Origin: Raillietiella orientalis
Taxonomy: Eukaryota
Assembly: GCA_036172245.1 (NCBI GenBank)
Contig: JAYWIR010000018.1
Location: 2,232,001 to 2,296,000 of the forward strand
Direction of reading: 5' to 3'
DNA: 64,000 nt
Numbering within the stretch: the stretch's first letter is position 1; each line of letters begins with the position of its first letter. The notes under the pieces were generated by a model, which saw nothing but the letters and a program-made list of their open reading frames with translations, was not told the DNA's origin and did not search any database. A program made the translations under genes and the position numbers. This document shows, piece after piece, positions 25,561 through 38,800 of this stretch.

Positions 25561-28500
25561 GAAGGTTTGAGATCCCACGATTCCTGCAGGAATTCCTCAC
25601 AGTGACTCGTGCGACTTTCTGGGAACCTACCCAGGTCCAATCCCCGCTCTCCCTTGAAAAAGGACGAGCGTATGCTCCCTCATCTCTATCCCTCTATCCC
25701 TTGATCCGAGCATAAGAGGCGTGTCCTCTCGAATGGCAGTGGATCACGCGAAATTCCGCACTCTAGCTCCTGGCACGCAGAACAAAGAAAAGGGAGAGAG
25801 GGACGCTACGCGGAGCAAGGGAAAGGGAGGTCGTGACGGACGGCCAGAGGACTAGGGCTTTGAGGACGCGACGAGGGAAGTCTCTCTTCTGAGAATGAAG
25901 GAAGACTATCTGCAAGGGTTTCGTGGTCAAGATCGTAGGGCAACGCGCGGTCGGAACTTAAACCACTGCACCAGGCGAAAGGGGTCTCCTTCCTGGGATT
26001 GCCTGCACCTGAGACGACGCCTTCGTCTCCACCTTTCCCCTACGATCGGTTCATTTTGCTCGGGGCCAGAAAGCGACTGGGTGAGCCACCTAAGCGGTCT
26101 CCATCGGAAGTTTCTCGGGAGTGCTGCCGAACTGGAGGAATAAAGGTCTCCAAACCCCCTCCACCCAATCCCGTTTCATGAGTTCAGTTCCGAAGTCGTA
26201 GATCCCCGTTTTCCACAGGCACTTGCTTAGGATGAGCTGTCCTCCAAGACGTGTTTCTGGGAGGAACCTGGTAGCCCGTACTCCCTCCCCTGGATGAGCT
26301 TTTCGAGGGGCGGGAAGAGTTCATCCAGAATTTTTTGGAAGACCTGCTCGAAATCCAGTCGGGTTCGAGAGAAAATTCAATTTTCGAGAAGATGTGGTTC
26401 ACCATCTCCCAGGAATTTTCTTTCCCTCCTCCTGCTGAACACAGTCGAAATCAGAGGAGTGGTGATGGAAGGGGAAGAGGGACAGGGATGCTCGCTCCAA
26501 AAGCCGAGAAGCATGTCCTACCAGAGTGCTCGCTTAACGGGAGGGGAGGAAGAGAAGAGAAACTCCACTAAAGACTTCCAAGAGAGGTGGCTGATCGCGA
26601 GAGGACGCCATCATTACGAGATAATGATGAAATAGGGAATGCATCCTGAAAAGCATCCCGGAAGGGAAAACCGAAAGCAGAGGGTTGCTCGAGGCTACAG
26701 GCATTGAGGCTGGAAAGCGGAAATCCCGGGAGCCATTCCGGACGTGGGGACTGCGTGCAGTGAATCTCATCGGGTTTTTATGGTCCGCAGCACCATTCCC
26801 GGGTCGGTGGTAGCTCGAGCGCGTTCCACCTAAACAGTGCGTCCGCATCGTGAAGAAGGGGAAGGGAACATCGGTGACCGCTACAGTGCCGTCGGCGAGC
26901 CTCTGCCCTTCTCAGAATCCTCCAGCACTCAGACCAATGACGGTGAGAAGGAGGATCCGTGTGGTCCATGTGGGCTTCAGCGGAGGCTCCCGCTACTTGC
27001 CACGCGGATAGGTGGCATTTGCGAAAGCGAGGACGCGCCGCGCAGAGCGACCCGGGCATGCACCGCCCGGAAGGGAGGGCAGTCTGCGGGATTTCTCTTC
27101 CCCCTCCCTCCTTTCCCCCAAAGCGTCCTTGGTTCCTACCCATCCTGTCTTTCCGACTGTCGCTGGGTGCTGCTCCTCGGATCCAGCAGGAAGCGACGAG
27201 GAGGGGGCATCACTGCAAGGAAGCGCGCGCGCGCAGAATGGATGGGAGGAGCGAGACAGCGGCGAAATGCGGTGCCCAGGGTGTCATACCCTCCTGCTGT
27301 CCCTTGCTGCGCCTCTGAGGGAGGACCATCACATCCGGAGCATCTTCCCTTCCGAGGGTCCAAGGTCAAAGGTATCCATGGTCTGGGAGGAAACGAACTC
27401 TCGGCGTGGACGTTGATCTGAACGTTTTTTGTTGTTGTTGTTGCCGTCTTCGCTTTTCCACCGGCCTGAGTCGCGGGTTCCGGTACAGTGAGGCGGAAGG
27501 AGGGGGATCGTATGGATTTTTTCCCCATCTATTCGTGTGGAATGGTCTCGAAATGATCACATCATCCTGCCCTTGCACCGCTACCCGGTAATTTCCCGAG
27601 GCTGACCGCTGCAAAAGCGTTCAAATGGAAATCGACTTTCGGAAGAAGGTCATCGTCCTCTGGATTCTGTTGATCAGGGAACTGAACTGAATGGATTCCT
27701 TCCATACGTTCCCTTTTCTGCCTCCCCCCCCCTCCCCCCATCATGCATACTCAAGAGAATTTGAGAGCATTCCCGCTGCTCACTCAAGAGGAGGATGCAA
27801 GTGGCTCATCAGGCCGCAACAGCGTGTGCCTCGAATGGGAAAGCCATCAACATCGCTTTTTCTGTTTGTTTGCCTACCACCAGTCCCTGAAGACAGCCAG
27901 CAAGAGAGAAGACAGACAGATCCTCTCCTTGGATACGAATCTGATTCGTGGAGATGATCGACCGAAGAGAAAGAAGCCTGAAAAGTGACTCTTCAGAATC
28001 CCAGCTAGCGAAACGCTCGAGGCAGCTTCAGCAGAAGGGACACAAGGGGAAAAAATGGAGGAAGGTCTTGAAAGAAGTAAGATGCTCGCTGGGATGATCC
28101 GCTAATGTGTATTGCTTCTGGACTAATCTCGAGCTTGCTTTGCCACCTCGTGAGTTGTGAAGGAAAGGGCTGTTTAATGAAATGCACTTGGATGGCTAGG
28201 AGGAAATCCCATCCGTTTTCTGCCGATTCTTCAAAACCAACATGACCCGAGAAGATTCGATTAGGATCAAGTGAGTTTCCAGCCGCTCTACCCTTTCGGA
28301 TCGTTTGAAAATCACCGAAATTCATTTTCGAGAGATTCTGTTTCCACTTCCTGAGAGTTTCGATGGCAATCTGGCATGTCCCCTCCGGTCGCGGCCGGGG
28401 TGTGTACACAGTTGTGTTTGTCTTGCGTCCTGGAGAAAACGGGGCTGAGGAAGTTCCGCTCCGACGTGGCTGTGGCTGTGGTGTAGTCAGGAGTTTGAAC

Positions 28501-28599
28501 AAAAGGTGCGCATCACCAAACTCTTTTTCCTCTTCACCTTCCTTACGTTTTTCCTCAAGAGTCTTAACCTTGGTAATATCTTTGCCATAGGATTGCGAG

Positions 28600-28900
28600 G
28601 AGCTGTAGTGGTGGTGCACATCAAGAATCGCTCTTTTGCTGCTCAGAGGCAACACCTGTAAAATAACTTGGCAGTTGTTTGCGTATTCTTCTAAGAAAAC
28701 TCCCTCTGTTCTGGTCTTCTCCTTCCTGCTTGTCGAACGTGTGGAACGTGGAACGGATGCGGTAGCCGTCATGAGCCACTTCCCGTAGCAACTCGAGGAG
28801 GATCTTTGGGATGCGAGTAAAATCGGTGAAAAACACCTGTGGGTTAAGATGCGCCCCCCAGTTACATGAGGGTGGAGATCGCCTCATCGCCCCCGTTCAC
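28600..28900 (-). mobile_element. Possible LINE ORF2 3'-end relic
   Basis: Minus strand SFLRRIRKQLPSYF.../LSSKRAILDVH resembles SF..R....WN.LP.......FK..LD.H. Confidence 0.3.
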
Positions 28901-31900
28901 CGAGCATCCGCTTTCCAGGCAGTGTGTCTTTTTCCCGTATCTCTTGAGCCTCGAGCAAGGAAACGCAAGCCGCACAAGGGAATGAGGAGGCGCGAAGGTA
29001 GGCTCGGCGACGCAGGGCTTTCCCCCAGGCCGAAAACCGTAGATTTTCTGTTTGATGTTTGCCTCTCTTTCTTTTTGTCCGCGCTTTGGTTCTTCGGTCA
29101 TCGAGAGCGTGGTTTCGGTTCGGATTAGCAGCACGCTACGTCAGGTACGACCCGTCTTTCAGCGACGTTGCTGACCTTCGCTTTAAGACTGTCTTCCGCT
29201 CTGCATCGCAGGGTCGTTTTCGCGCGCTTCGGTCGGAACTCCAAGGTGACGCAAGAGATGCACTCAAAATGTATCCTACTACGCTGGGGAAAAAAAAGAG
29301 CGGAGATCGTTCTTTTTCGGATATTCTCAATCACCTATCAATGGATCGCAGCTGTTGTGTCTTAGAATCGTATGGCAGTTTTCCATTTTGAGGCATAGAT
29401 GCGGTTTGGGGCGCCTCTGGAGCTTGTTGTTCCTCACCGACAGTGTTCCTCACTTGAGTAACGAACACCGTAGTGCACAGCAGTTGATTTTTTTGTCTTA
29501 GAGCTACAAGAAAGCAGGATGCATTGTGACCTTCATGATTTATTCATTCGCCATCGATACAGGCAATGCGGCAGGATTATGTAAAGTATAAATTATGATG
29601 AGTATATGCCAAGTGAGCTGTGATGTACATACATGTATATATCTATGTATGTATGTATGCACACAAGCGTAAGTAAATAGTGTGCAATCTGTGCTAGCGA
29701 GCGACCAGAAAAGCAGTGCCGTGGATGCGAAAGACATGGAGCTTCCCATTGAACTGGGGAAAGGAGATTCTTGAGGAGTTTTTGCTGGAAGACGGAGCTT
29801 CCTCCTCTGCGTTCAAGAACTCAGATCTCGACGATGATCTCTCTGAAATCGATCGAGCATTTTCGGCCACGCGAATGCGGAGATAATTGAAATGATGTGA
29901 AATGGGAACACAATTGTGAAAAGTACTTTTATCCAAAGGTACGCTACCGGTGCGGAGAAAACAAAGTTTAATGATGATAAATGATGGAAGACGGAGCAAG
30001 AAAATCGAATCCGCAGTGTTTTGGCGTGTGGATGCAAGCGCCGTATGAAGGGGAACTTTTGATGTTGAATTCCAGAAGGAAGAGCGACTCCAAAAGAAAA
30101 AAAGAAAGCCAATCTGAGAATCGACAGGGTCTACATACACTTGCAAAAACGTACACGGCATGAAATATGCACGAAGTGAAAACACTCTTGCATCTGTGAG
30201 GTCATGTTACCAAATCAAGATCTTCAGAACGCGGAAAGCATAGATGGCATCCTAAAATTTGGAGAGCTTCATCATTGGACGCCTTACCGAGTGCGTGCTC
30301 CATGGGATACATGAGATCGCTTCAACGGGCAGGATCTCTTGATGGTTGCCACCGGCAACATGATACACGTGACAGCACGCCTGGAAAAAGTGCATCACGC
30401 AGTGCACACAAGCATGCGTGTGTGACACAAGTGCATTCGTCTGCGCACCACGCGTTTCCGAGATTCCATCTAACGTGCGCTACGGAGAGCCGGACTCGGG
30501 TCACGGAACCTGGGTGAACCTCAGCTGGGCGCGAGATTCACCACTTAATCGTCAAGGTGTGTTTCAGCGTGTATAATTCCCCTTCCCATCCTTCCTTTTT
30601 TCCCTTGAGCGTGATCGCTGTATTTTGCGAGTTTGACCTGTTCCGTGCAAAGTCTTCGAAAGAGGCTGCCAGAGTGGCCTTAACGTATTCCACGTCCTGA
30701 ACCTGAGAAAATGCTCTGCATCCGGTCCTCTCGACCAAGTCGACCGCTTGTACGCAGTCTCATCGAAACAAGCCACTGCCGCATCCACGTTGGCGTTCCC
30801 GTTTTTCTATTTCCGGAGGTCTGCAAGTCTCCGCGGAAACAAGCGGATCGCCTCGGACCACTCTGCAGCTGGAAAAAACTGCCCCTCCATGCGAAGAATT
30901 TCCGCTCAACGAGGAGCTCAGATTCGAGTGGATGGTGGTCTGCTGGTTCCTTTGGACTCGGACACCTTGTCATGTTGTAAACCTGGTGTGTCCTGGAAAG
31001 CTGTCGGCTGACTGATTTGGGACTTTGACCAACCGCACCTGTGCCACCTACTTGTCCTTGCGTGCTTATCGTGGTCTCTTGCACTTTCGTTCACTCGACG
31101 GTTCGTCTCCTCCGTGAAAGAGTGTTTGTCACGTGGCCACAACGGTTGAATGAGAATCCGGTGGACGACCAGAGAGATCTTTCGCGTTCGAAAACGCTAG
31201 AATGGCAACCACTCTACAGAAGAAAAAGTCCAGCCCGCGCTGCACTAAGATGACCCCTGCTAAATGTACTCACTAAACGTCGCCTTTCTTGTTCACCTAA
31301 GAACAGGGGAGCTCTTCGACTGCTCATCCGACTCTGGAGTGCCTATCCGCGGATTCTTGTTTCCAGGAAGACAGCTGTATCCCGGCTGCAAAGCCCGCTC
31401 TTTACACAGTTTGAAGTGTGATCAAAACACGCGCTTGGTTGCATCGAAAGGCGGATGAATGTCGTAAAAGAGGGGCAGGATACACAAAGGAGCAGAGTAA
31501 AGAAGGGTGGGAACTTCCTCGCTGGTTTTCGGAAAATTTTGTTTCGGTTGGGTCGACTCTTCAGTGCATCGCTCCTCACTGAGCGGGTGAAAATCCGGGC
31601 GTTTGCCTGAACAACCGAGACGGAACACTGGGTTCCAAGACGGACTTCCGCGAGCAGTTGACGGGGCCGGAAAGACGGGACTCCCTCGCCACATCCATTT
31701 CAATCGAAGATCCAGCCGTGATTCGCATCCGTGCCAATGCAGATGCCTTGCGACGGCCTCGAGTGAGCTTTCGTTCCTCGCCTCTCTTGTCGACAAATGG
31801 AGACAAGAAGATCTGCGGTGATGAGATTCCCGTAACTAAGCGTGGCGATGGGCTTCTCGTAACATGGCAGCTCATCAAACGGGAGATGTGGCGGTCGAAA

Positions 31901-32567
31901 TGAAACGGGACGGAAGCAAACAAAAGATGGAGGAATTTCCGGGGACGGCAGCAGGCGGTTGCCAAGATGCAATGATGCAAACCGTCGAGTGAAGGAAAAT
32001 GCTCGTATCCGAGGCGCCTTCTCTTGGTTTTTGTCGTCCGGAACGGGATTTGTCCCGTGCGTCTCGCAGCCGCAGCCTGCAAAACCCGTCGCCGTCGCCG
32101 TCGTCTGGCCGACCAATTCGGTGTGCTGGCAAGGTAGAGATGAAACAGGGTTGTCTTTGAAAGGAATCGTCTGCGAACCTAACCGAGATAAAAGGATTTC
32201 ATCCACAAATCCCACTTCTCACGGGTTGATGCTCCTCATCTAAACGTCCTTTGCTAGAAGGGCAATCCTCTCTCCTCACTTTTATCCGGATCTTTGCCTC
32301 ATTATCGAAACGAATCCCATTCATTTTGACATCCCTGAACGTATAATTGACGCAGTCTGCTTGCTAAGCAACCTCCACGAACTAACCACTGCAAGACAAA
32401 GTGATCGCCGATACGTCGTCTCGAAGATTCGTAAAGATAGTTTGGTTGGGAAGGGGAGCGGGGAGGAGGAGGGTGTTTTGGCTGGCATTTTGGTGCATCA
32501 ACCTGAACTGCTGTCATCCTAAATGATGATGAGCACCCCAGTAATCGGCACTTTCTTTAAATTTCAG

Positions 32568-32813
32568 TCTCCCAACGCGTACAGGCGTCAGTACGATAAG
32601 AGACGGGGATCAGAATACAGCCGTTTCCACGGCTACGCTTACGACGGGATCTGGAGCATCGCCCTGGCCATCCAGAAAGCGAAGAAGACCCTACACCACA
32701 ACAATCAGAAGAACAACTGGAACTCCAGCTTGAAGGATTTCCAGTACCGAAATTCGTACTGGGGCAGTCTGTTCCGCAATGCCATGAAGGAGGTGTCGTT
32801 CGAGGGAGTCACG
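32568..32813 (+). CDS. GABA-B-R2: GABA-B R2 exon (VFT): SPNAYRRQYDKRRGSEYSRFHGYAYDGIW...SFEGVT
   Basis: atttcag|TCT ... ACG|gtgagt, 246 nt; EYSRFHGYAYDGIW and FEGVT motifs. Confidence 0.95.
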
Positions 32814-35800
32814 GTGAGTCGCTCTTTCCGAGCACGCTGAGTGCAAGAAATGCAAGCGGGAACGAACCGTCTCTCCCTCGAAGTACAACCCATTTCGTCT
32901 GGAGCACACTGTCGGGATCACTCGCGGAATGGACACCAATCTTAAGGGAGGGAGGGAAGGAAGGAATTTGCGACCGTCTCAGGGACCCCCTTCCTGCAAC
33001 CGCGTCTTTCCCTTTTTTCGATTGCGTTTAGCTGCATCAAACAGGCTCGACCGTAATCTCCGACGATCTCCGGGTCCCCCTCCCCCCACTTAGCTTTTCC
33101 GTCGTTAAGCAAATCTGCACCGCATCTTCCTCGTTCTCGTTCGGGCCTTCAAAGACCTGGAGTGAAAATTTTCCTCCAGCGCTTCCTCGAAGAGATGCTC
33201 CGGATGCTTCCTCCAGGTTGCTCTCTGCACCCGTGTTCTCTGGGTGGAGATGCGGATTCCGCAGAGCATTCCCCCCTCCCCTCCCGACTCTCGTGGGGGT
33301 TTTCGCTGTGTACGCGAGGGTGCGCCTTTGCCAGCGGCCTCCCGGCTGTAGAGGGCGTCTCGTATCCTAGGCGCCCGTAGAGAGTCTCATCGGAGCGCTA
33401 GACTCAGGGGTCCGTGACTCGATGCTCTCGTGCCGCTCTTCCCTGCCTACGCCCTCTCCACCTTGGCGGAGAGCCACCAGGACCATCTCCACAAAGACCT
33501 GTCTCATCTGGACAGCATCCTCATCTTGCTCCTTCGGAAGGATGAAGAAGAAAAAAAAAAGGCAAAGCCGCTGACGAAGGCGGACGCACCGAGGACGGAG
33601 ACGCCAGCAGCTTCAACGGGTTGAACTTTTCGCGAGTGAGGGCACGGCAGCACGGAGAAGCGAGAGATCAGGCGCCGGGTTCTCTCCCCGTCCTTCCGGG
33701 AACCGCCCAACCTCTTTGGTTCGGACGCAGACTTTTCCTTTGCCGCGCGCTCTGGTCCAGGGGCAGAAACGAAAACGTGCCCAGATTCTTCGCTCTCGTC
33801 CGGTTGCGCGGGGTGTCCCGCTTGGGAAGACCGGAGGCAGCCCTTCCCCTCTTCTCCCCCGAGCAGGAACTCCAGGCAGTGACCAAGCGGGGCTCGGGGA
33901 GATCGCAAGGAGGAGTTCCCAGTGGTCAAAGGGTTGATCTTCCCTGCGAGCACGGAATCACGGGAGGCACATTCGGAAGATCTATGCATCCACCATCGAT
34001 CCGCGCGGGATGAGCACCGGTCTGACTCCCTGCCTCTATCCGACGGGAGGCTACGAGTTACCATTAAAAAAAATGACTTCTCTGATTGCTTCTTAATGAC
34101 GCTAGCCGGGGCCTAATAAACCGCTCAGGATTAATGATGGTCATAATTGGTCGGGCGTCCCAGTTCAGATTTCCAGCGAGCCGACGTCGAGAAATCGCTG
34201 ATGCTCGCAGTCAGTGGATGCTGCTGCGCACGCGGGATGTCGTTCTCGTGTTCGACGTGGACCTGCCAGGAGATGGCATAGCAGGTTCCTCTGACCGCTC
34301 TCCGCTCTTCTCTGGAAACGCGGAGAGTCACCATCCGTAGGCGTGTGCTGCTACGTGGCGCGCTCTGCTCGCCCCTTCGGAACATAAATTTCATCTAGAG
34401 GATTCAGGATCGCACCTGGATCAATGAGGGAAATCCCTAGAGCTATGCGCCTCTGCTTGTGAGCGATTCAGAGTCTGCTCCACACATTCAGGGGCGTGGT
34501 GCTCCCTGCTGACGGCGCGAAGGCTCCGACGGCAGGGTCTCCGGCAAGCCCTCGCATCGGTACCGCCGCTGCAGGTCTTCAGACCTTGCGGCAACGGGAG
34601 TTTCCTTGGAGCTTGTTCCAACGAGAAGAGCTGCTCTCCTTATGGCCAGGTTTATCTCTGGGAAGCGCCGTCGGCGGTACGCAGCCAAGCCATCCGCCAG
34701 CCTGAATCTCGAGTCCGGACCGTTCGGACCGACGAAAAACCGATCACGGTTTCATTCTTCCATCCGGATCATCGCTCTTCCTCTGTCTTCTCCTGATCCT
34801 TCAGGTTTGCTTGAGGGTCTTTCGGAGGCTACCCTATTCTGAGAGATCTGAGACCTTTTCCCATCTCACGCTCTCTCGTCACCACAGTCACTGTCGCAGC
34901 GCGAAGATCTCAGGAATCCTCGAGCGGACTTTTCTGACAACCACCTCCTGCGTACGGATGCCGTAGACGTTTTATGAACATTCCATCTTCGATGCCCTGG
35001 AAGAACCCCTTATTTCATTCAGTCCAGCGGACACGGAACTCCACCAAGGTGATCACCGGATCACCACCCTGGAATCCAGGAGTCGGATTGCGTGCCTCAG
35101 AAACGAAGCCGTAGACTCTGGTTGAAAGCCTCTGTAACAATCAGAGGCTGCATCTCGTTCGCTGACCGTCCTTGGAGCTGGCACAACACGCTCCATAAGA
35201 TCTGCATGCTGCTTTTACGAGGCTGAAAATTGTGGGGGAGCAGTTAGTTCGCTCCCCACGGCGCGTGGATGCTGTAAACAAAAGAAAAAAGCATCTTAAT
35301 CTATATCTAATCAATACAGAGGGGAGCCGGGGTGACTCGCTCGTAAAGAGGAAAGGCGGTGACATTGGAAAGCAGACATGTCGAGAATAATTTCCCTTTC
35401 ATCCTTTCGCATCTTAATATGCGCCACACTAACGAGGAACATGCGAGTATCCAGACAAACGAAGCATCCACCGATCTTTTGAGAGATTGTTATCTTTTCT
35501 TCCCTGCAGCACTTTCTCACGGTTTCATGAATCTATGGGTTTGCTTTCGATCCCCCCTCCATCATCGAGTCTGCCCGTTCCCGGCAATCTTTCTTCGCTC
35601 ATTCCCGGAAACTATTCCAGAAATACCTTCGGTTGATAGCTCGTTCTTAATTGAGGCTTTTGGTCTCGGTCATTTTCCCTAATCATATATCCCCTGTTTT
35701 CACCAGGAAACCTCCTCCAGGCTCCAAATACAGCTCCATTCTGCGTGGGGCCTTCCTCGGAAACCCATCCACATCATCCTTCTTTCCCCTCTGCTGAGAG

Positions 35801-38800
35801 GTTTTTACGTCCAAGAGCGGTTCAAGAGACCCGGATTTCTCTGTCTTGAGAGCGGTTGCAGCTTCAAGTAAAACGTGATGAAAGCGACGAGCACCGGAGA
35901 GGGATGTTCGTTTCTATGGTCCCGCGATGAGCGGACGGTCGGTCCCCGTACTCAATGGAATGCGTTCTTCGGCGCTCCCGACTACAAGATTTTCTGAACC
36001 TCTTCCGGGGACCAGACAGCCTCTCTCTGTCCAAAAAGTTTGCTTGGGAATTCCCAAATGATAGCTCCGAACAGGTAACTATCGAGACAAACGTTCATTC
36101 CTCCTTGCGCGGCACTTAGTCACGGGATGTTTGCACATTCTCATCCAGTCACAGGAGATCTATACGTGAACGAGAAGAGATTCCATTCCGAGCAGGTCGC
36201 CTTCGAATGAACGCAATCAGAACGAGCATCCGGTTTCGGTTGCCATTTTTCCTTCATCTCTTCGTCCGAGGTCTTTCACTCTTAGGTATTCGACTGCATA
36301 TTGCCATGTGATCGCCAAAACTTACCCAGTGGGTCATGTTCGGTCTTCTAAAAAGATTCGCCCTCCCTCCTCCCTTCTTTCCTGGGAGCCCTCTTCTCCC
36401 TTGCTCTGCTAGAGATCCTGGGTCCGGAAACCCATCCAACGGGGCGCCCTGGATCCGAGGAGGACGACCTACGAGCACAGGATTGTGCTCCGTGGTGGGC
36501 CGGGAGAACTATGAAAAGTCAGGACAGCAAGAGGAGGAAAAGAGCCAGGAGAATAGGAGAAGGATATGGCGACGAGGTGATGAGGAAGGCGGTGAAGGAA
36601 AGGAAAAGGGAGAAAGGTGAACAGGAACATGGCAAGCGAAAGAACAGGCGATATTTCTCCTTCCCTGTTTCCCGGAGCAACGCGCGCATCCACGCCTGCC
36701 TCGATCTTCGCCGCGCACCCTGCAGGACCTTTCCAAGCATATCCTGGTCCGTGGACAGCGTAAACCTCCTTTTCCAATGAATCTGTCAATCGAAAAAGGA
36801 GAGAGAGGGACAGCTTCCGAGACAGTACAGTACGCGTATCAATACAGTAGCCAACTGAGATGCAAGATGGCTCATAGAGACGATCCACTGGTAGTAGCAT
36901 TCCATCCTCTTCTCTTTTCACTGATGCATGGATTTCCAGTGACTCCTAAAGATGTGCAACCGCCCTAATCGAATTCTATGAATCCCATGGCTCTTCCCAT
37001 AAGATTTATTGGTTGCCCTTCGAATACTTTTCACAGGAAAAAGGAGGAAAAAAACATTCCTGCTTTGGGGAATCATCCTTCTTTATCCGATCTTTTTTTT
37101 CGGGAGACTTTCAGGAACAGGAAGCTGTCCTGCTCTCAGGACTTTGGAAAGAGGAAAATTCGCGGAGTTTGGGATTCTAGAGGACTTGGGAACGGAAGTT
37201 TTGTGCTGTTCGTGCTCAGTTCCGATCGCCTCTCCCGACGCGGTGCACTCCCTCCCAGCAGCTGCAGACCTCGATGAGGGCAGTCTCCCTTTCGCTCCTG
37301 CAGCCGTTGTGTCGTTTTCGGCGCGTCTCTCGGGGTCGAAGGAAGAGCGAGCTCAGCTGCTGCTGGGTCGGCACCCGCCACACCAAGTACTCTTCTCAGA
37401 AACAGATCTCCCAGAATGATGAAGCATGGTGACGCTCTCATCTGATCTTTTGCAATGCCCCTGCATGAATCCTCAAGTAATCAGTTGTTCCCTGAGGTCG
37501 AAAGGTCCTTCCAAACCCTTTTCCCTGCTCCGCCCAATTTCATCTCCATCAACTGACATCTGGATCACCTGGAAAACTCGTGCCTCGTTCTCTCTGTTAG
37601 CTAATGCATGAGTCTTTTTTGACTTCAAACCTCGATTTGCAGTCAGTAACCTTGGAAACCGATTTGCTATTCTATGATCAGTGGCTGAATCTTGATTTTC
37701 TGTAACTGCAGTCTACCACGAAGACAAAATCTGTGGAACCGAAAAACGGAATGCCTCTTCCAAGGAAGGGATGTTGACTGTAGAGACCGCATCCCGAACT
37801 CATCTGGACCACTTCATAGTAAATAAATAATCAAATACAATGAAAAAGGGTCGTACGTCTTCCGTCCAGAAGGGTCAGAACTTTACAGGAAGCGTGACCA
37901 AGGAGGGAGTGGAGAGTGAGGAAGGAGAGCCAGTGAATCAATCTATCAATAAATAAGGGTGGGATGGGCTGGTCTCGCGGTTATAAACAGACCCGAATCG
38001 GTTGGTAACTGGAGGGAGGGAGCCGGTCGACTATCATCATCGACTTCCTAGTCCGGTTTGCAATCGTCCTACCACTCCATTTCATTCTAAATTTTTAATT
38101 GCGGGAATGTCGCGTAAGAAAGAATGCTGCGGTCCGGAGATGTCAGAAACGGCAGCAACAAGCATTGCTTTTCTGGTATCCCTGGATGCAAACAGGATTC
38201 AGGGAGCTCCCATGGGTCAGCAAACCGAAAACGAAGTGATCTGTGCTCTGCCCTCTCTGATGAGGTCGTCAATAGCTGATTCCGCATGCTCCCACTCTCA
38301 TTTCGCAGACTATGATGTCCGAGCGACTTCGGGGTCTCGAAGTTCTGAGGCCGCAAGGGTGCCCCAGGGGGGCTGCGTTTCCTCAAAACAGACAGAGGAC
38401 TGAGATGCGCCGCTGGCGGCGCTGAATTACAGAAGACGAGAAGGTCGCATGAGTCTCTTCTGGGAAGACTGCATGAAATCTCTCCTGCTCTCCAAAAAGG
38501 TTTGCAGGACGTCAGGACAAGATCCCTCCTCACTGCACTCTTCAGGATCATCGAATACTGATCCTTTCCTTTCAGGGAGTAAAAGCAAATTTCCCGGTGC
38601 ATTTCGCATTCCTCTTTCATGCGCTCCTATCCCGGAACTTTCTCTGTTCTTGCGAGTTTTCATGTCACATGCACTTGTTGAAACCGGGAATGCAAACCGG
38701 ACTCCAGGAACCGAAGACCCAACCGGGTGCTTTTTAACAAACAATGCAGAACTATGCGGGTTCGATTGCGAGCCATCTCGAACTTGAGAGTACCGCAGCT

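Noticed and set aside
28005..28772. 255-aa minus-strand ORF as a nested gene
   Set aside because: No coherent domain; part resembles a frameshifted LINE 3' end.
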